A stretch of DNA of 64,000 bases from NCBI GenBank assembly GCA_963514005.1, contig OY740789.1, positions 68,324,001 through 68,388,000 on the forward strand, given 5' to 3'. Of this stretch, positions 60,889 to 64,000 are shown in pieces. The position numbers were made by a program, and so were the translations under genes. The notes under the pieces were generated by a model. That model saw nothing but the letters and a program-made list of their open reading frames with translations, made no database searches and had not been told where the DNA came from. Positions within the stretch are counted from its first letter, which is position 1. Every line of letters starts with the position of its first letter. Origin of the DNA: Raja brachyura. Its lineage: Eukaryota.

Positions 60889-62066
60889 CTGTTTAAAAAA
60901 TAAAAGGCAATAAAGCAGCTTTGTTACATCACATTCCCCATTCTTGTTAATCACCAGACAAACCACATGGATACCGCAGTGTTGTCCAGTCCTGCCGTAG
61001 AACTGCTTTAAAGAGGGGGTCTCCTCTCTTCACTGCAGCCCAGTAAAGAGACAAGACCCGAGAGAGGGTTTCTCCACTGCCACTCTGTTGGTAAGTTCAC
61101 ACAGTGAATGGTATCAGCATTAGGACTGACAACCCTTCTATGGTTACGATATAGAAGGGTTAATCTAGAGAAAGACAGATTGAAATCCCACCAAGAAACA
61201 ATTAAATCACTGTAAAAATCCAAATGGTTCATAAATATCCTTTAGAGAATAAAAAAGGGGGACTGGACATTGTGCCTTCCCTCAATGGGAACCATTGTGG
61301 GGGGATGTTTTTTTATGTTTAAATCTCTTTATTATTGTTATGTCTGTATTCTTTTTTTATGTGCTGCATTGGCAAGAAACATTCACTACACCAATTGGTG
61401 TATGTGACCAATAAAATAACCTTTGAACTTTTGAAATGTAGTGTCCTTATCCAACCTGGCCCAATGTGACTTCCCTCCCTTACACAACACAGCCCTTGAC
61501 CCAGGCTGGGAGCCCATTAATTGTGAGCTTTAATAAACATCAACATTGCCAATGCCAATATGAGAATGCAGAAACTAATACAATGATGTAACTCGTGATT
61601 CCTACTGACAGCACCGAAACAGCCAAATCACAGGACACAATGTGTGTGGTGAACAGGGAGGATGTTAGGAATTTTAAGATTGGGAATTTAATGCATATGG
61701 GAAAGGAGCCACCCTTTGCCTTTAATATATGTAGTGGTGTAAGTGAAACTTCTTAAGAAGTGATTGTATATCAATAAATCTAAATTACTATGATAAGGCC
61801 AAATATACAAAAATTAGAAAATAGGATAATTAAACTGGGTTTGGGAAAATACCAGTTTCTAAGTTGCGTTTACTGTGCTGAGACAAACAACTCATGAATT
61901 CATGTTGTTAGCAAAACAAGGAACTGTAGCTGTTGGAGCGGTAAATGTTCATTTGCTGAATAAAACATTTCTTTACTTTCTAAGCTAGGAAGGGTGCAAT
62001 TAATAAACTAATAAATTAGTAATTTGGACCAGTTAAAATTAATTGATTTAAAACATCTAATAATAA

Positions 62067-64000
62067 GATTCAGATTCAGATTCAGATTCAATTTTAATTG
62101 TCATTGTCAGTGTACAGTACAGAGACAACGAAATGCATTTAGCATCTCCCTGGAAGAGCGACACAGCAAATTATTTGAATAAATGACAATAAGTGTCCGG
62201 GGGGGGGGGGGGGGGGGGGGTGATTGGCAGTCACCGAGGTATGTTGTTGAGTAGCGTGACAGCCGCCGGAAAGAAGCTGTTCCTGGACCTGCTGGTTCGG
62301 CAACGGAGAGACCTGTAGCGCCTCCCGGATGGTAGGAGGGTAAACAGTCCATGGTTGGGGTGAGAGAGGTCCTTGGCGATGCTGAGTGCCCTCCGCAGAC
62401 AACGCTTGCTTTGGACAGACTCAATGGAGGGGAGCGAGGAACCGGTGATGCGTTGGGCAATTTTCACCACCCTCTGCAATGCCTTCCGGTCGGAGACAGA
62501 GCAGTTGTCATACCAAACTGTGATGCAGTTGGTAAGGATGCTCTCGATGGTGCAGCGGTAGAAGTTCACCAGGATCTGAGGAGACAGATGGACCTTCTTC
62601 AGTCTCCTCAGGAAGAAGAGACGCTGGTGAGCCTTCTTGATCAGAGTTGAGGTATTGTGGGTCCAAGAGAGGTCGTCGGAGAGGTTGACTCCCAAGAACC
62701 TGAAGCTAGAAACACGTTCCACCTCCGTACCGTTAATGTGGATGGGGGTGTGCGTGCCGCCCCTGGACTTCCTGAAGTCTACAATGAGCTCCTTGGTCTT
62801 CTTGGAGTTAAGGGCCAGGTTGTTGTCAGCGCACCATGCTGCTAAGTGCTGGACCTCCTCCCTGTAGGCCGACTCATCGTTGTTGCTGATGAGGCCAATC
62901 ACCGTTGTATCATCTGCATACTTGATGATGGTGTTAGTACTATGTACAGGTGTGCAGTCATAGGTGAAGAGGGAGTAGAGGAGGGGGCTCAGCACACAGC
63001 CCTGTAGAACGCCGGTGTTCAGGGTGAGGGTTGAAGAGGTGTGCTTGTCTAACCTAACAGACTGGGGTCTGTTGGTTAGAAAGTCCAGTATCCAGTTGCA
63101 GAGGGAAGGAGCGATGCACAGATTACCGAGTTTGGCGATCAATTTTGATGGTATAATGGTGTTGAATGCTGAGCTGTAATCGATGAACAGCATTCTTACG
63201 TAAGTGTCTCTGTTGTCGAGGTGGGAGAGGGCGGAGTGAAGTGCCGTTGAGATGGCATCCTCCGTACTCCTGTTCTTGCGGTAGGCAAACTGATAGGGAT
63301 CCAGTGTGGGGGGTAGGCAGCTTTTGAGGTGTGCCAGGACCAGCCTCTCGAAGCACTTGGTGATGATGGGGGTAAGTGCAACTGGGCGGAAGTCGTTGAG
63401 GCTTGCCGCAGTGGAGTGTTTTGGCACTGGCACGATGGAGGTGGTTTTAAGGCACGTGGGGACAACTGCCTGGGCAAGTGACAGGTTGAAGATATCAGTT
63501 CAGATGTCTGCCAGCTGCGCCGCACAGACCCTGAGCACGCGCCCGGGGATGCCGTCAGGGCCAGCAGCTTTACGTGCATTAGTCCTACTCAGTGCCACGT
63601 ATACGTCGTAGGGGGTGAGTGTGAGGGGTTGGTGATCGGCAGGTAGCACAGCCTTGATGGCTGTCTCTAGATTGTCCCTGTCGAAGCGGCCATAGAAGTG
63701 ATTGAGCTCCTCAAGGAAGGAGGCGTCGCTGGATGTGGGGGTGGTGTTGGCGGGTCTGTAGTCCATGATGGCCTGGATGCCTTGCCACATGCGTCGGGGG
63801 TCGGAGTTGTTGTTGAAGTGCTCCTCAATCCTGAGCTTATGGCAGTGCTTGGCCTTCTTGATGCCCCTCTTCAGGTTAGCCCTGGCTGAACTGTAGGCTC
63901 GAGCATCGCCTGACCTGAAAGCGGTGTCCCGTGCTTTCAGCAGTAGCCTGACCTCGCTGTTCATCCATGGCTTCTGATTCGGGAATATGGTCACCTGTTT
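62067..64000 (-). mobile_element. Rex1/Babar-type LINE, young; RT region interrupted by one in-frame stop; runs off the window edge
   Basis: ORFs 63500..63994 and 62231..63433 share a frame: [56 protein letters not shown]; 3' UTR with a C22 tract and (TGAATC)4 tail. Confidence 0.92.

Overview
Eukaryotic vertebrate genomic DNA, most likely from a cartilaginous fish (skate/ray), inferred from the HE1/V-SINE-like, CR1/HER1, Rex1 and Penelope repeat families. Two genes converge tail-to-tail, as in the mammalian STARD9-CDAN1 arrangement. The + strand holds the last 7 coding exons of codanin-1 (CDAN1, 1418-9308, about 272 C-terminal aa). The - strand holds 14 coding exons of the kinesin-3/START-domain gene STARD9 (60888 down to the stop at 10439, about 4,450 aa here), including one 11,253-nt giant exon; its motor and FHA domains lie beyond the right edge. 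Exon boundaries were read manually (GT/AG) and all phases chain correctly. Introns are dense with mobile DNA: CR1, Rex1/Babar and RTE LINE pieces (one nearly intact Rex1 RT), tRNA-derived SINEs, a decayed hAT/Buster transposon, a MITE and Penelope-like elements (PLEs). The most notable non-genic signal is about a dozen minimal type-I hammerhead-ribozyme cores (CTGAnGA-A-stem II-GAAACGTC) in PLE termini and in short PLE-derived elements, some of them fold-back and flanked by target-site duplications. The two perfect cores both lie sense to their host pre-mRNA. Hammerheads in PLEs are established in general, so any novelty concerns this lineage, the mini-elements and possible host effects. No CRISPR array, rRNA or functional tRNA gene is supported.
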